A DNA stretch of 64,000 nucleotides from Phoronis australis (lineage: Eukaryota; Animalia; Phoronida), in assembly GCA_002633005.1 (NCBI GenBank), contig NMRA01000661.1:1-64000 (forward strand), read 5' to 3'. The notes under the pieces are model-generated. The model saw nothing but the letters and a program-made list of their open reading frames with translations. It made no database searches and was not told where the DNA came from. Positions within the stretch are counted from its first letter, which is position 1; each line of letters starts with the position of its first letter. Position numbers and translations under genes: made by a program. Below are positions 15,201-30,200 of the stretch, piece by piece.

Positions 15201-18200
15201 CACGTTTCATTGATCGCATATCAATGTCCTCGCTCGTAGAAACTGTGGTCGGGCCCCACTTGTAAGTAATTGACCTTCAACAAAAACCTTTTAAACTGCC
15301 CTCTGACTGTTGGATGATCACATTCATATTTGTTGGTTATTGTTGGATGGTGTTGACAATTTGAAGTTATTAGCTTTGACCAGAATGGCAGAACGACAGA
15401 ATTCGTTGTGTCCTAGTGATTTTGTAAAAACATTTCAATTCTCACTGTTGGCTGCCAGTCATGCTTTGAAGTCAAGACCAGTGACTTCACCAATTCAATA
15501 CACAAAAACATTTTACTATTTAGCTGGTGTGGTCCAGCTCAGCCAGAAAAAGCGTCTGTTTGGGACTGTTGAGGCTGCGAATTCGTTAGGCTTGGTCTCA
15601 GAAAACTATTTTTCTCTCTGTTTAAGTTCATTTCGAGGCCCACATTAGCGTAGGCAACGTCTTGGTTGTTATTCATTAACAAGTCTATTGTACATGTATA
15701 TGTATAGGATGTGAGCCGTGCAGCGGAATGCACCTTCATATCCTATCTTCTCTCATAATTTTCATTTGCGTCGAAAGTTCCAATGTTGGCTGCAATGTTT
15801 ATCGTGTCGTCTCCACCAAGATTTGTTTTATAATGAAAAGCATTGACTGCCGATGGAAAAGACGTAGTTTCAGATGGATTTTTGAAAGCATGTGGACAGA
15901 CTCCCTTGCCCTGATTGCCGACTACATGTACCTCTTACCTCTCCGTCCAACCATTTTTTCATTCATCCTTCCCCATTTTCGTCCGTTCTTTTTATCGGAA
16001 AGTCCATCCTCTCATCTCTAAGTGCGTGTTTCCATTACTTGACTGAGCCTGAAAAACATGTATACCCAGATCTTTTACCTCTTGGATGCATTCATTTTGC
16101 CCTTTAAGATTGCTTGAAACTCTTGCACCATAATCTTTATTTACAGTTTGTGGTTTCATGACCACCGTGCACTCAGGAGTTTTTTCTTCTCCTGGCTACC
16201 CCAATAATTATGACCACGACATCAGATGCGAGTATGTCATCACCGGTGATCCTACGGATTTTGTTACCGTGGAATTTGACACTTTCAGACTACAAGGTAT
16301 TCTTACCTTTTATGCTATTTCTCTGATGTTTTCATGACTTTTTGTTACTTAAACTGACGATATTTTTTATTTTTTGTTCAAACAAATGCACTGTATTGCT
16401 GTAAGGTTCCTACATGCAATTGATAGCTTACATACATGTACATGTATGAATAGGAACATCTCTATTTAGTAGGGTGGAAGCTTTTGTTTCATTTTGAGCG
16501 AAAGTTCTCATCGTATTCTAGAGAGACACTCTAATAGCTTTCCTTTTGATATGCCTGTCCCATTCAAAAGGCAAGTAAACAATGGGATCCTATGGTATGA
16601 TGCAACCTCACCCAAGGCAGACATCTCTTTTACATCTCCGTCATGTCATTAGTCTTTGAGATCAAACGTCGATACAGGCACCAAACAGTGCGAACCAACC
16701 GTTTATGTTTGAGGTGTACACGTTTGGAATCCTAAATTTATGACTATCATGTAAGTGTGCGTCGGGTTTGTTTAACAGTTTCATTGCTTTACTTTTCAGA
16801 GAGCTCCGATTGCGTGCGTGACTCACTCACTTTATTCGACGGTACCAATGAAACGCAACCGCTCATTGGTCGATTCTGTGGTTACCGAAGGCGATTTTCC
16901 GTAGCTGCAACGGGTTCTATGTTGTTGGTATTCTTTTCGGATAAAAGTTTGTCGAACACAGGCTTTAGGGCAACCTTCCGTCACACTCGTAAGCATAAGA
17001 AATTGTGTTGTTTCATTAGCGTGACTTAAGACTTGAAAATTAAATTTGGTCTTACGCTCCACATAACTATTTCCGAGAATAATTTAAACTCACTTTAGCA
17101 AACAAAATTAAAGTATCCGATGATATGGCCATAATTGTTAATTACTATGAAAAATATACACACTATTTCCAGGCAGTGAAGCTCTGATAATTACATGACT
17201 AGACCTTCTCTTGGCAACTGTGAGGTGGCAGCGTAACTTGGGGCCAAGAAGCAAAACAGCAGAAAATTGAGATTTTTTATGCTATTACTTTGGTTTAATT
17301 GTATGCATAGCACGGTAAAGTGTAGGCATTTTTAAATTTTGAATTGAAAGTGATCGTCAAATATGCAAATATGTTGTTCACCCAGTGTCCATTTTGGTTG
17401 TGGATTGGTGGATTAACATATATGCGTGTACACGTCTGTGCGTTTCCGTTCTTTTAAATTCAGTACACTGCGGTAAGTGCACTATAGGCAATAATCAAAA
17501 ACGAGACATTCAACTACCGTGTTTTCTTGTACTTAGTTCGAATACCCCTGTATGAGGGAAAAGTAGGCCTAGGCTTAGACCGCTCAACTTTGGTCAATGA
17601 AGAAAACCTCCGGTCAATCAGTGTCAATGCTGCACAACAAATTTCTGTCTTGAGTCCTTAAATCATTTTTCATGAAAGAAACCTCAGACGTTTTCCTTGT
17701 CATGTTTTTATTTTCATTTTCATTTACTTTACACTATCGCTTACAGAATAGTTGCAATGCCACAAAGTTAATTTACTAGAAATGACTAGTTGTAATATAC
17801 ATTTAGATTGCCAGGGTGCTTGTTTGCCACGCAATAAACTCTTAGTAGCCTAAGTCTTTAACGTTTTGCCAAAACGCTGAGCAACATCGAGTTTCATATG
17901 TTGCGCTCTCTAGTCCCACTAGTACTTTTTCACGCATGTCAATGTGTGATTTAGTTTTTACTGCAGCTTAAAAGCTGAATTGACCAGTACAGGGGCATGT
18001 TTCATAAAACGTGAGTAAGGACTTAAGCCAGACAATTGGTCTTTGGCTACCACTTCACATTTGCTGAATAAGGGTTTAGCCAAGTAATTGTGAGCGCATC
18101 ACCATTAAGTAATTAGCAGACCTGTACATTCGGAGAGACTTTGTTTTCTGCTCAAGTGACTTTTATTCACAGATAGGTGTGGGGGTTGTATAACTAAATT

Positions 18201-21200
18201 TTCTGACTAAAATGCTAAGTTGCTTTTCGTGAAACAGACTCCAGGCTGGTTGTTTAATACATTTGACATTCGCCTAAAACGTTGTCGACTGGGAGATCAA
18301 GTATTCCTCTGTTAAACGGAGTTCCAAATTCTTGGTGAGCATGTCGATTGCGAGCGATCCACATAACCCGCACAGAACCTTACAATACCGTTATCTCTGC
18401 CATGTGGGGACCTGTAATTTGCCATGAGTGATAAGATGACGAATTTATTCTTTAAGAACTAACAACTACGCATGCAACAGGTAACTCAGTGAGTTTACAA
18501 CACGATTTTCGATGCAGGTTGTGGCGGTGAATTAAGAGCATCTGACGGTACCATTGAGCCGTACGTAGCAACTTATCACGGGAGTTTTGTCTGTGCTTGG
18601 ACTATAATAGTTAAATCTGACAGAGCTGTAGACATCTCACTCAGGTACGTTTTGAATATTAATGGAATTACTTGAATAACTTTTTCTGCGAGTTTTTCCG
18701 TTGATGTCATGTGTGCTTTGGCTAATACATGTAATACCCTCCTCTAAAGGTGTGATTTCGTGCCGGCAATCATCTGTCGATTAGCTCGCCACCAGCACTG
18801 GTTACCGATTTAGTAGCATTGAAAAGATTTCAAACTTTCTCCAAAATTTTGAGAAAGGTAAAAGGGTGATTCCCTCGAAGCATTCACCAACATTTTGCTT
18901 TTGGCTAATAATTGTTTTCTGCCTGAATGAGGAAGCAGAGACTTTGCATAAACGTACGCGCACAATATTATTGCAAACAAACGCTGTAGCACGCATTGGG
19001 AAAAGAACTACCAACGCTGCTTATCGCTTGTATTCCAGTGTGTTTTTTCACTCGAGAGATGTTCTGTATTGCATAGAGTCTTGTTTGATTTTTAGTTTGA
19101 AAAGGTGCACCAAGTTGTCCTTAGATGCTGATGGGGAGACACTTCTAGCATCTACTGTAAAAATGCTTGAAGCCTTAGTTGGAAAACTTTCTCTCAATTG
19201 AACTATCTTGTCAGCTTTAACTTGGCCATTTTTATATTATTTCACACATCCTCGTGCTTCATGCAACTAAATGCAACGAGCGAAGGGAAAACCACTGGGA
19301 TGCTGAGGTTAAAAAAGTTCAATAATCTGCATGAGCTCAGTAGATGAAATTGGAAGTCCCTGAAATATAAGTTTGGGAGAATCGCCCTGTTCTACAAGGA
19401 ACATTAAATTGTTATTTTAGTTGCGATTGATCATTGAAGAGGCCAAAATAGGATTTTGTAATATTTTAGGTACATGTACGCTACTGTGTCGTGCATTTTT
19501 ATGCCTTATGCAAAATTTAAATTGCCATTTATTTCATTTGGTACAAAGTACGCTCACTTGCTTTTATCTTTTGTAAAGAATTTCGACTACCATTATTCCG
19601 TTTGCTTCTAAAATCCACAGCATATACAACTACACTTTCTGGTATGATGAACAACTCAGACGAGTATTAAGAAATCCAGATACGAAGTACAACTGAGCAA
19701 GTCGAAATCATATTAGTGTGGATACTGTTTCCCTGGCGGTTGAATTGTCGTTGTTTTTGTTAGAAAACGTCGACTTTTTGGCTTTCGCATCTTTGTGAAA
19801 CAGGTTTGCAAGCTTTCTGTGGCACTGTTTTAGCTTGGACGAAATACACAAGTCTTCGTTTTTCTCCAGAAAAACTTTGTGGCACAAAACGCTAGCTTGT
19901 ATACACTGTGTACCTTGACCCAAGTATAAGAGAAAAAATGACCCAAATATACGAAGAAACGTTGTGTATGACTTCGGAGCTTTGGCGGTACCTTTGTTAT
20001 TTACGTATGCGCTGGATCTTTGAATTGTTCCCAGAGTGGCCACCAACTTCGAAAACATCTCTACAGACTGTAGCAACTACATCGAAGTCCACGATGGTGT
20101 TGATCAGAAAGCGGCATCTTTAGGACGTTTCTGTTTGCCTTCTGTTGGACATGTTCGAAGCAGTGATCACAGGGTGAAGGTCACGTTTTCCTCTAACAGC
20201 ACGGTCACTCTGAATTCCTTCTCGATTAATTTCCGGTCTACCCTTGGTAAGTGTAAGCTATACCAATAATAAAAATGTGAAGCTAAAATTAGAGTGGTGA
20301 CCAGACAATTATGTAGGGCTGTATCTATTGTTTCTAAAATAAAGAAAAAAAAAACACACTGCCAAAGTACGATTTTGTCATGTGTGCCTAGTGTGTTACG
20401 TGCTGTTTAATCAATGCCATAGACCTCTACACGCAAGCATATAAAGCATTCATAACCTGTGGACAGCTTCACTACTTAACGATAAAAACATTACAAGGTC
20501 GCCGGCCAATGTGCATATCAAGCCCGAAGGCTTTTTAAGACAGATCTGTATGCTCCACTGGAAATACCGTGAGCGTTTAATTTGTAATGCAGTTTTAAAA
20601 TCTTGCTGACAAAATACATCTTGTCCTGAGAAATGAAGGGAAATTGTATTATTTCGAATCCTTAGCGCATTGACCAACACAAATCGCACTCACAACAAAC
20701 TTAAGATCACTGCGATTTGCCTTGCAGACAGCTTAGGCCTCCAAGCCATTCTCATACCAGTGCCAAGAGCTTTAAATTTACCAGTTGCTGACTTTCGAAG
20801 CAGCAGCACCATATTGAAATTCACTCTACGGCTAGACGGCGATCATGTCCTTAGTGGACAAAGGTTCAGCGCCAATTAGAGAACGATCCATACAATGCAG
20901 ACGGGAGTCTTCAATTTTCAACCAACTGGTCGACACAGCGTTTCAACACCTTTCCCGTTATTACATATATCATGCCGACCAATTGCGACTGCTATGTGGT
21001 GGGGTGTACTAACACCTTACGAAAAAGGCAAATTATATATCATGTTCCATATAATTCACACTGCAAAGAAGTATCCGACACAAAGCCAGTGGCTGCGGCT
21101 GATAGGCGTGAGAGTTTCGATCCCAGTCGGTGTAAAAAGACTTAAACTAATAATCAGAAGAAGTGGCTGACATTGGAATGTATTCCTCTGTTGTTAAATT

Positions 21201-24200
21201 GATGAACCATTATGTAGTAATTGAGTTTCTGTCCACCAAGTCTAAGTCGGGATCAATTAGAAGTCACTTTCGTGCTCTCATTACTCTAGAGAGCACCAAT
21301 ATGAACTGTATTCTATTGACTATCGCGCCACCACCTCAATGTCGTGACACAACCCTAGATAAAAGAAGACAATAACTACATGTTATGAAGTTCGTCTAAG
21401 CAAAATGTCGGGTAATTTCGCAAAAGCCGTCATCGAGATTTAAGGACGACGACTAGTAAGCTGTAAATCTTAAGTCAATTATGCTAAGATTTTAATTTTG
21501 CATTGATTACAGAGCTGTTGTTTCAAAGCCAGAGAACGTAGGGAAGCTAGAGTTTTTAGGGACATTCTTCGGTCATGGGACAGAGGCCAATGACAAGTGA
21601 CAGATTTCCGTGAATAAAAGTTGCTTACTATAATTAAGTCGTGAATGATTATTCTAACACCGAGAAGCTCTTTAAAAGTCGGGTTTAACTTTTTATGTGA
21701 AATGTTGAGAGAAGTTTGGAGATTACTGACAGACGGTGGAATCAACTAACAAATTCTAGGCATTACTGTCGAGACAGGGATGAAAACAAATATGGATGTC
21801 ATGAAAAATGATGGGGGGAATTGAAGAAAAAGTTGTTGCAATCGAATGAGCATGCAGGTATGAACTAGGCGACCGGTTGAATTTGAAATCAAACCACCGT
21901 CCTGTCTCTGTCAGTGGTCAAATCACAGTGTGTTACTATTTTACAGGGTTAAATCAGGGCTGCGGAGGCGTGTTGACAGAAACGTCTGGAACAATTGGCT
22001 TCCCACCCATCAACCAATACGAAGTGTTTGAAGGGAGTTTAAACTGCACTTGGTTCGTTAACGTGTTTGACCATGCTGTACCGTGCCTTACATTCACTTC
22101 ATTCAACATTGTGTGCCACAGCAGATATGTTCAGGTTTGTCACTAGTAGTTACCTCCTCATTTGAATGGTCACATTTCGTTTACTCTCCAAGCCTATGCC
22201 GGATCAGACGGAGATGAGATCCGTAGAATTACTTTCGTGTGAGTTTATTCAGACTATGCAAGCTTACCACGCAAAATCACGGTGGGTGAAAAGCGAGTAT
22301 TCAGGCGGGGCTGGTATGATGAATTATGGGAAAAAAAATCACGGTTTCTGTTGGATAAGTGAACATTTAACGCGGCAAGTGTCTCGCAAACGTCGTGTCT
22401 AACGAAACAGAGAAACAGGGTGGACCCAAAATCATTTTTCAAGTTCCTGGTGACGACTTCCGGCGCACCAAACAAATTTTGCCGATTCACCCGACTCACT
22501 GACATCACTGAGCCAAAAGCAGGCTATCACAATCCATTATTCACAACTAGCTAAAATCAAAATGAATTAGCCATCTCACGGCTACTTATTTATTGCAAAG
22601 CGAGGAAAAACATTCTATCTGACCTTTTAGGGTACACGCGTGGTGAAGCCGGTAGCTGGATTCTCCAGGCAGAGAGCCCTAGTTGCTTGATGCTACCGCT
22701 GTCAAGACGTCGATTGTTAGCCTACTTGTTAGAATCTGACTCGCCGCTGTAAGAAAATTTCCAAAACTTACTTTCTCACATGACCTGGAATGTGTTACGA
22801 CACGAGTGTTAAAAACATCGAGTACGTAATTTTTTATATTACGTGGGCGAATCACAAAGTAGTGCAAAGAAGAAATCCATACGCCTCACATTTTATCATC
22901 TGCAAAACACTAAAACAACCAAACGCGCACTAACCAAACAATGCCGGAATTCCGACATGGTTATGATTGACAAATTGGGTGTAGCAACTGTACGTACTCC
23001 CAGTGGTAACGACATACAAACAACTTCTTAAACGGACCCATCTTCGGCTGCGAATTCCATATCCACGTTCATTCAAACGGCGGAGATAAGTCCCAACTCA
23101 AAAGCGGCGAAACTGTCTAGCTGTGCTGTCTCAAGGTCAATTCAGTGCTCCCGTGAGGGGAAGCCTTGTTGACTGTTATTTATAAACACTTTTTAACTTT
23201 TAATATTAAAACTTCAAAGACTGTTCATTAGATTCTAACTTGAATCTTTGCAACGAAAGCTGAGTGTAATTTACAACTGTTAAGCTTAAAATAAAACTAT
23301 TTACAAAAAATAACTGAATTGCTTTACTTTGCTCATGCGTGTTTTGCCAAAAGTTGCGTCATGTGGTTGGAAGTTTTAGACATGTTTTTCGGCAAAGAGA
23401 TCGTTTTTACGGTTCATGTGAGAAAACAAATCCTACACTCGCCTCAGACTGATGACATGGCAAGCCTCGGGATTTTGACAAAATCTACTAGAAGTTTTGC
23501 CCATGTCATAAACCTGAGACTCGTGTAGGATTCTCTATGTAAAATATATTCATAAAACAAAAAGAGATATCTCGTTAAACACAAAAATGCGTGAAAAATG
23601 TTGTTGAAGTACACAGAAAGTTAGCTCGAGTCACGTTAATACATGTAGCTTCCAGTGGGCTCAGACAACCACGTTCTCGATAATACGTACATGTATGATA
23701 ACGAAGAGAACGTACATGTAAGTACATGAATACATTTAATCCTTGACTTCCAATCGCAACATCCAGCATCGTCAGAGGAAAAAAAATCTATAATAAGACG
23801 GGTGGAAATGTATAAAAATATAAGAAACAAGTTTTAGCTTCAGTTGTTATAGATTTCTCTCCTCTGTCGACGACGGATGTGACGATCGGAGGTCCGGGAT
23901 AAAATGTATTTATTTTCTCTTCCTTTTCCCAATTAAAATCGAGCATCTATTGCATTTTGACGTATATTAAATGTACATGTACGTCGCCTGGCAGCTGTTT
24001 TAAGTGCATGTGAGTGCACGAGAAACCTTGAATCCGCAGAGTTCAGTGTAGTGTTCATATCTGTCATTTAAATCAAGACACTGCAATCATAAAAACTCGA
24101 GCAATTGCTTGTTTATTTGTAGATTCGTGACGGAAATAGCAGTGCCGCTCCTCTGATCGGTCGATACTGCGGCACCACACCACCAGCTCCCATCACAGCC

Positions 24201-27200
24201 TCATCTAATGTCATAGCTGTGACATTGATATCCAACAATATCATATCTCGTAACGTCTTCAACATTAGCTACACATCAGTCGGTGGTAAGCACTAATCGC
24301 TTGAGAAACAAAAAGTAGTTCAGTCTGGAACCACGGTAGGTTCATCAGACCTGCGACATTAGCTTGGCCTCCTCGTAGTTATCAACGCCTACGCCCTCGG
24401 TAAAATCACGTATTGTTATTTTTTTTTAAAAAGATAAGTATGTCTCATTCCGAAAGACTTAGTGCACATTGGTCTTCAAGAACGGACTGTGTCTATAGGC
24501 TTTTCACAAAATTTATGCACGACTCAAATTCCTATATCAGAACGAGGCCAGCACCGATTCTGTTAAGTCTACAGGAAGTTATCTATTTACAGTGAATGTC
24601 TACATCAACAGTGTACACTGTTATGTCCCTTGCTGCACAAATAACCAAAGAAGAACCGAGTATTGTCATTTCGTCAATTTCATACTAAAAAACAACCAAA
24701 AAGACTGGCTTGTGAAGATTCTTATATACAATGGACCAACTTTGCTAGTAAATTACTAACACAATCTCGATATCAGCTGATGTCCATTCTGGTGTATCAC
24801 CAGCGGCCGTAATGTATGAATAGATAGTAACATTCGAGCATATAATTGGCTAGTAGCACTTTGAACTTCCCCAAAATAAAATGACGTTATTTTAAATGCA
24901 AATTCTCTTGATTTTAAAGAAAATGACTAACCCTTGAATGCCCCAGAAATTTCTCAAAAACGATGACTTCAGAGTCTGCTTGAGCTGTCAGTCTAGAGTG
25001 AAGACAGTTATATAGATTTGTTTTTATCACAGAAAACAGCAGGGTGACACAAATGCCCTCTTAAGTTGATAAATGAATCGTTCCCCAGCAAAATAAGTAG
25101 TCATGCAGTGACTGCAAAACAGTACTTCCCCTGGTGTAACCTCTGACTGTCATGATTTTTACACACTATAAACTTTGTTGAATCCGAAAGATGTACTAAC
25201 TTTTATAGCTGTGAAAGTTTCACGCTAATCACATAGATATTCACTTACTCGCATGAATATGTATACACATGTAAATAGTATGTAATCACTTGATGCAACC
25301 GGAAGTTATATATTAGAAGAGTTGGCAGAACAACATGCAGGTGTACTAGACCCCTTGCTGAACTGTTTTTTTGTTTTGATATCGCCTTAGAGTAGGATTG
25401 ATGGAGCAAAACTTGTCAGTACATTTCAATTCCTCAGCAGCAACAGTTGGGAAAATATTGATCTGGGCTAATCTACAGCCAAGCTCACAAATGACAAACT
25501 CACAATGTATGTTCACAACTTTTAAAGTCCTTGTTGGGATCTTTGCACGGCGTCATAACATTTGTGTCGTCACTGTACACTGGCTCAATATCAGAAGTAG
25601 CTATTACCAAACTGAGGGATTGGTTGACTTACTAGAACTCTTGGACAGTGTGACGGCTGATAAAAGATTTCTAATTAATAAGATATTCAGTGAAATGGGT
25701 GCAAAACTGAATATCCCTCCATCTCAGAGCAAAAATGAAAATTTTCAAGTGAGGAAACAAAAAACTTAAAAAATAGCCAGTTTGAGAATAAATGTGGAGA
25801 GTCATTAGGCACATCAAGGAAAGTCACGTTTTAATGTAACACTTCAATTTCCTTGAACATGATGACTGACTCAGAGAATCAGTTGTGGACAGTTTCATGT
25901 TTTAAGCAAACTTCAGAGCCCCTATTGTGAATGAATGATACCATACCGATGGTTTTGCAACAAATGGGAAGACTTATCCAGTGTATTAAAACTTTCACTT
26001 TATTTCTGATCACAGTTCTTTCTTGAATGGACATGTATATATGGGTAACAACAGTGACTACAGCTATTGTTGGCCATGTTAGTTTTAGACTAAAAATTGA
26101 AGAAAAATTACCGATCTTGTCTTTCAGGTGTTAAGTAATATTATTATCTTAGTTTTAAACTAACCGGATATAAAGAACAAAAAGAGACCTTTGTAGAATT
26201 GTTTAAAACACGAGTAAATAACTGACACACAGAAAATCCAGTTAATTAAACCGAAAATATCTTCAATCCATATTCCAAGCAACTGAATCAATGACTCACG
26301 ACAAAATCTGATGAATTTACAAATAAAACTGGCAGCACTAAATGTTTTATCTAATTAAACCAGTTGTTTAGCCATTCATTAGCATCCTTGAATTTTTTTG
26401 AGAAACAAAAATCCAAGCAAATAGACTGCTAAATGACTGTCCAGATGACAGCTCAACTACTCACTTCTTATTGAGGTTATGTAATTTTCAATGGAGTTCT
26501 TGTACCCTTTGGACATATGATTCTTGCCTGATGACAACAAGATTCCAGAAAGCTACTTGTTTTGTTCGGAGCAAGTAAGTGTACGGTCACGATCAGCCAG
26601 AACAGAGGAGTCTGTCATGACTGCAAACAGGAAGTAGTGTGACAGTGTTAGCCTCGTTTTCGGTTCCCCTTAATGTCCATGAGGTAATATTAAAGGAGTT
26701 CTATTGCGGTCTAACAATTAACGTGCTGGCACCATCGCCATTTGCTAACTCAACAAATATCAAAAAACATTGTTGGTTTCGGGACCACGGGGATATTCGT
26801 ACTGCAAATCGAACTCGAAATTATTTTTCAGATTTTCTGTTCTTCATTTGTGCGAACTCAAGTGTCTTCTAGTCTGTGCTTGGGTTTGTTATGGTTTATG
26901 CGTACTAGGCTCTAGTGAAAATGTGTCCTCGATGACTCGTATAGATTCAAACTACAAACTCAAGTAAAAACTCGAGTTTTCTAGTAAAAATAGGAAATTT
27001 CGCGTTCAGTATCGTAATTTTAGACGTAATAGTGGGCTTACCAAATGCAAAATAGGATTAGACTGGTATTTGCGCAAGTAAACATGCCCTCGAGCATGGA
27101 ATAAGAGACACATATCTTGAGTTCTCGCAATCGTAGAATGGAAAGTGATAAAAGTATTTTTTAGTAAAAAGACTTAACTCTGAGCTCTGGTCTGTACCTC

Positions 27201-30200
27201 GACACATTGTAAGAACTATGCTTACCGCATGAAAAGTCCCCGCAAGCATCAATTTCACAAATTTCTACTCGTGTTTTTGTAAAACGAGTAAACACTAAAA
27301 TCCGTATGATTTTACTCTGGTGAGTTTTGCTTTTTGAAAAAGTGAACATAACTAAAAATACCGCATCACCAACTGCATGTTAAAAGAGCTAACAATGTTT
27401 TTTGCGAGATACGCTGACATGATTTAATCCAAAACACATTACACGAAGTTCACATTCTCCATTACGATACATTGGAACGTTTACGACATTCTTCAGCAAA
27501 ATTGACGTGCACTGTATTTTTTACTTTTTAGTATTAGGGGCACAGCAAAATGACCACGGAAAAATGAAAAAACGTTTTTAAAAAATAGTTGTGGAAAGCT
27601 ATGCTACGTGACATTGGCACAACATTGAATTGAAATGATTTTACCTAATAGTCGGAGTTTTCGACATCACAAATGACCTTTAGTGTATAAAAATAAAAAA
27701 ATGTCTGTAACTTAGTGAACGTTAAAAGCAACCAACAATGTTGTACTTATCAGCTGAAGGTGTTTTGAATGTAGTGTACCATAACAATGTGGTAGATCTT
27801 TCTTGAAAATATATCATCGCAGCGACTATGACATGTCCAAATATCCGCTACAGAAAGTGGGGATTGTATCTCCTTAATTAATAACTGGTATTAAATCCAC
27901 TGTATAAACAAGTGATGCTTTTACTTCTCTTTGATTAGAGTTAACAATAAAATTCGACACTTTTTATTTGACTCGTTAATTCAGACAAAAACGTAACTGC
28001 ATGGGAGGACTAAGTGTAACGTAGGGAACAACTTGTAACACAGTATTATAACAGGTTTCAAAGATTGGTGTAGAATTCGCAATCTAAGTGTGTATATTCA
28101 AATGCAACCCACATTCAATGATGCAAGGTATCCGAAGCGGTAAATCAAGATACATAAGTTATAAATTTGGTAATACCTTGTCCTCATTTCAATGAAACTG
28201 TATTGCTCCCTGTTTAGCTGGCGAAAAGGAAAATCAAATTAGTCATTTTACTGTCATAGAACCAGCCTTGTAATAGTCTTTGCCCACACAGGTCTAATAG
28301 ATAACGTGTTCATGCACGGTTTTTCAATTTGCTATAGAGTGTCCAGTGAAGGGAATCTGGTCCGAGTGGACACCGTGGTCGTCGTGTAGCAAGACTTGTG
28401 ACAATGGCGAGAAGACCCGCTCAAGGGTGTGCACGCAACTTCTTCATGGCGGTCACACTTGTGTCGGAAACAGCACCGAATGGAAGATGTGTCAAAACAT
28501 CCTCTGCTCTGTCGGTAAGTAGAATGTGATCGAATTAGGAAGAATGGACGCCATGCACCATACAATGCGGTGATTGCAGAACCTGGCAGCGAAAGTGTGA
28601 CAACCCTATTCCAGTACATGGCGGGAAGTCGTTTGATGCTTGTGATACGAATTTGCAACAGACAAGTAGGTTCATAGTGTCATTTACTGACCATAATCAC
28701 ACTAGCTCAGAAAAAATGATCTTAAAAAGGTGACTGGACCTCAAAATTCTAAGAAGTTTTAGACTTTCTTGCTTAGTTTCAAAGTAATCTGTTTTTCGTG
28801 TTACATACAAACTCTTAGGGGCAGCTCGGGGCGGTCTCTTTCAAGCTTGGACAAAGAGAAACGCCGTCGATATGACGGTATAGTGCTTTCGCGTACACTT
28901 TGTTTAGAAAATGGCAGTATTTCTTCTCACGATATACGAGATCCGCCAACTAAACTACTGTGCATCTTTTAAATTCTTAAAATTGTAATAATTTTCAGGT
29001 AAAATATTTAATAACGGGTACCTTGAGAGTATTATATTGCAATTTTCAGGTGCCAAGCATACCAGTGTGGCAACCACAGTTGGAATCGTCGTAGGAGGGA
29101 TAGTGGCCATCATCATTATCATTGTCATCGTCGTTGCTTTGGTCATTATATACAAACGGCGGTAAGTGTAAGGTTGTCAGACGTCATATTTCCCTTAATT
29201 TTAATTTTCGTGAGGAACACTCGAATTGTCGTTATCGGCTATCATTTTCTGATCGCTGGAAGAGCTTTTGAAACGAGTACATGTAAATCCTTCGCACAGG
29301 GCATTTCAAATGCGGCTACTCTCGAAACAGAGGACGCAAAATCTGTTATAATAGATTTTAGTTTGCGTCCTCTGTCTCAAAAGACTTGAAATCCAAGCCT
29401 AACACTACGAGTGTCTGAATAATGGTTGGAGATTTTTCCCACAAACTCGACTTCATGGGATTTTATCCGTTTTACGACCACAAACCGCATTATTGGAATA
29501 CTGCTATTGGATCGGATACACTTTTTCAAGTTATTAGTTTTTATCCGAGCTATAAAACAACAAAATCTGTGGTGTTTTTTTGATTTTATTACAAAATAGA
29601 CTATTCTCACTGTTGTCTGACAGACATTCGCTGAAATCAACGCCGGTGTTTTTATTTTTTTAAAGCTGCATATCGTCCTGTTAAGGTGGCAAAAACCGAA
29701 ATAATAAATTTGCTCTAGAACATTCCTCGGCGTGATAGTGTTCTAATTATGTTAGTCTACCAACGAGATCATCGAAACCATAAGCGACTCGACACAAAGC
29801 TTCCGACGTCAATTAAGTTGTCGAATTTTAAAATAACGAATTAGAAAATGGCACACCAGTGCCTGTGACTTGCGTTTGTAACAGAAATAGAATGCTACGA
29901 TCACGGGGATAATTCTAAAACCTCTTTGACCCACACACACCTCGACCCACGACCCTATTGACCCACAACCCCCTCGGCCAAAGCTGGGTCCTACCGTAGG
30001 TCCTAGCGTCTACTGAACGCACGCCTGCTGTGTGGAGCCAGAGAGTAAACTAACGTGTTCGTCCACTGTAACCACTCAAAACTCGAATTTATGACATCAA
30101 GACATGGGCTGTGCAGCACTGAAATAAGTGGGGGCTATAGCCCCAACTTCCTATGATTCGCCGCCATGCAAGATTATTTTTCAAAAGGCGTAAAATAATT

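Noticed and set aside
19030-19400. Coding-like decayed sequence in the intron after exon 18518-18644
   Set aside because: Multiple stops and no assignable family.
28990-29000. Alternative acceptor attttcag upstream of the TM exon
   Set aside because: Looks like a local duplication of the real acceptor; no evidence it is used.
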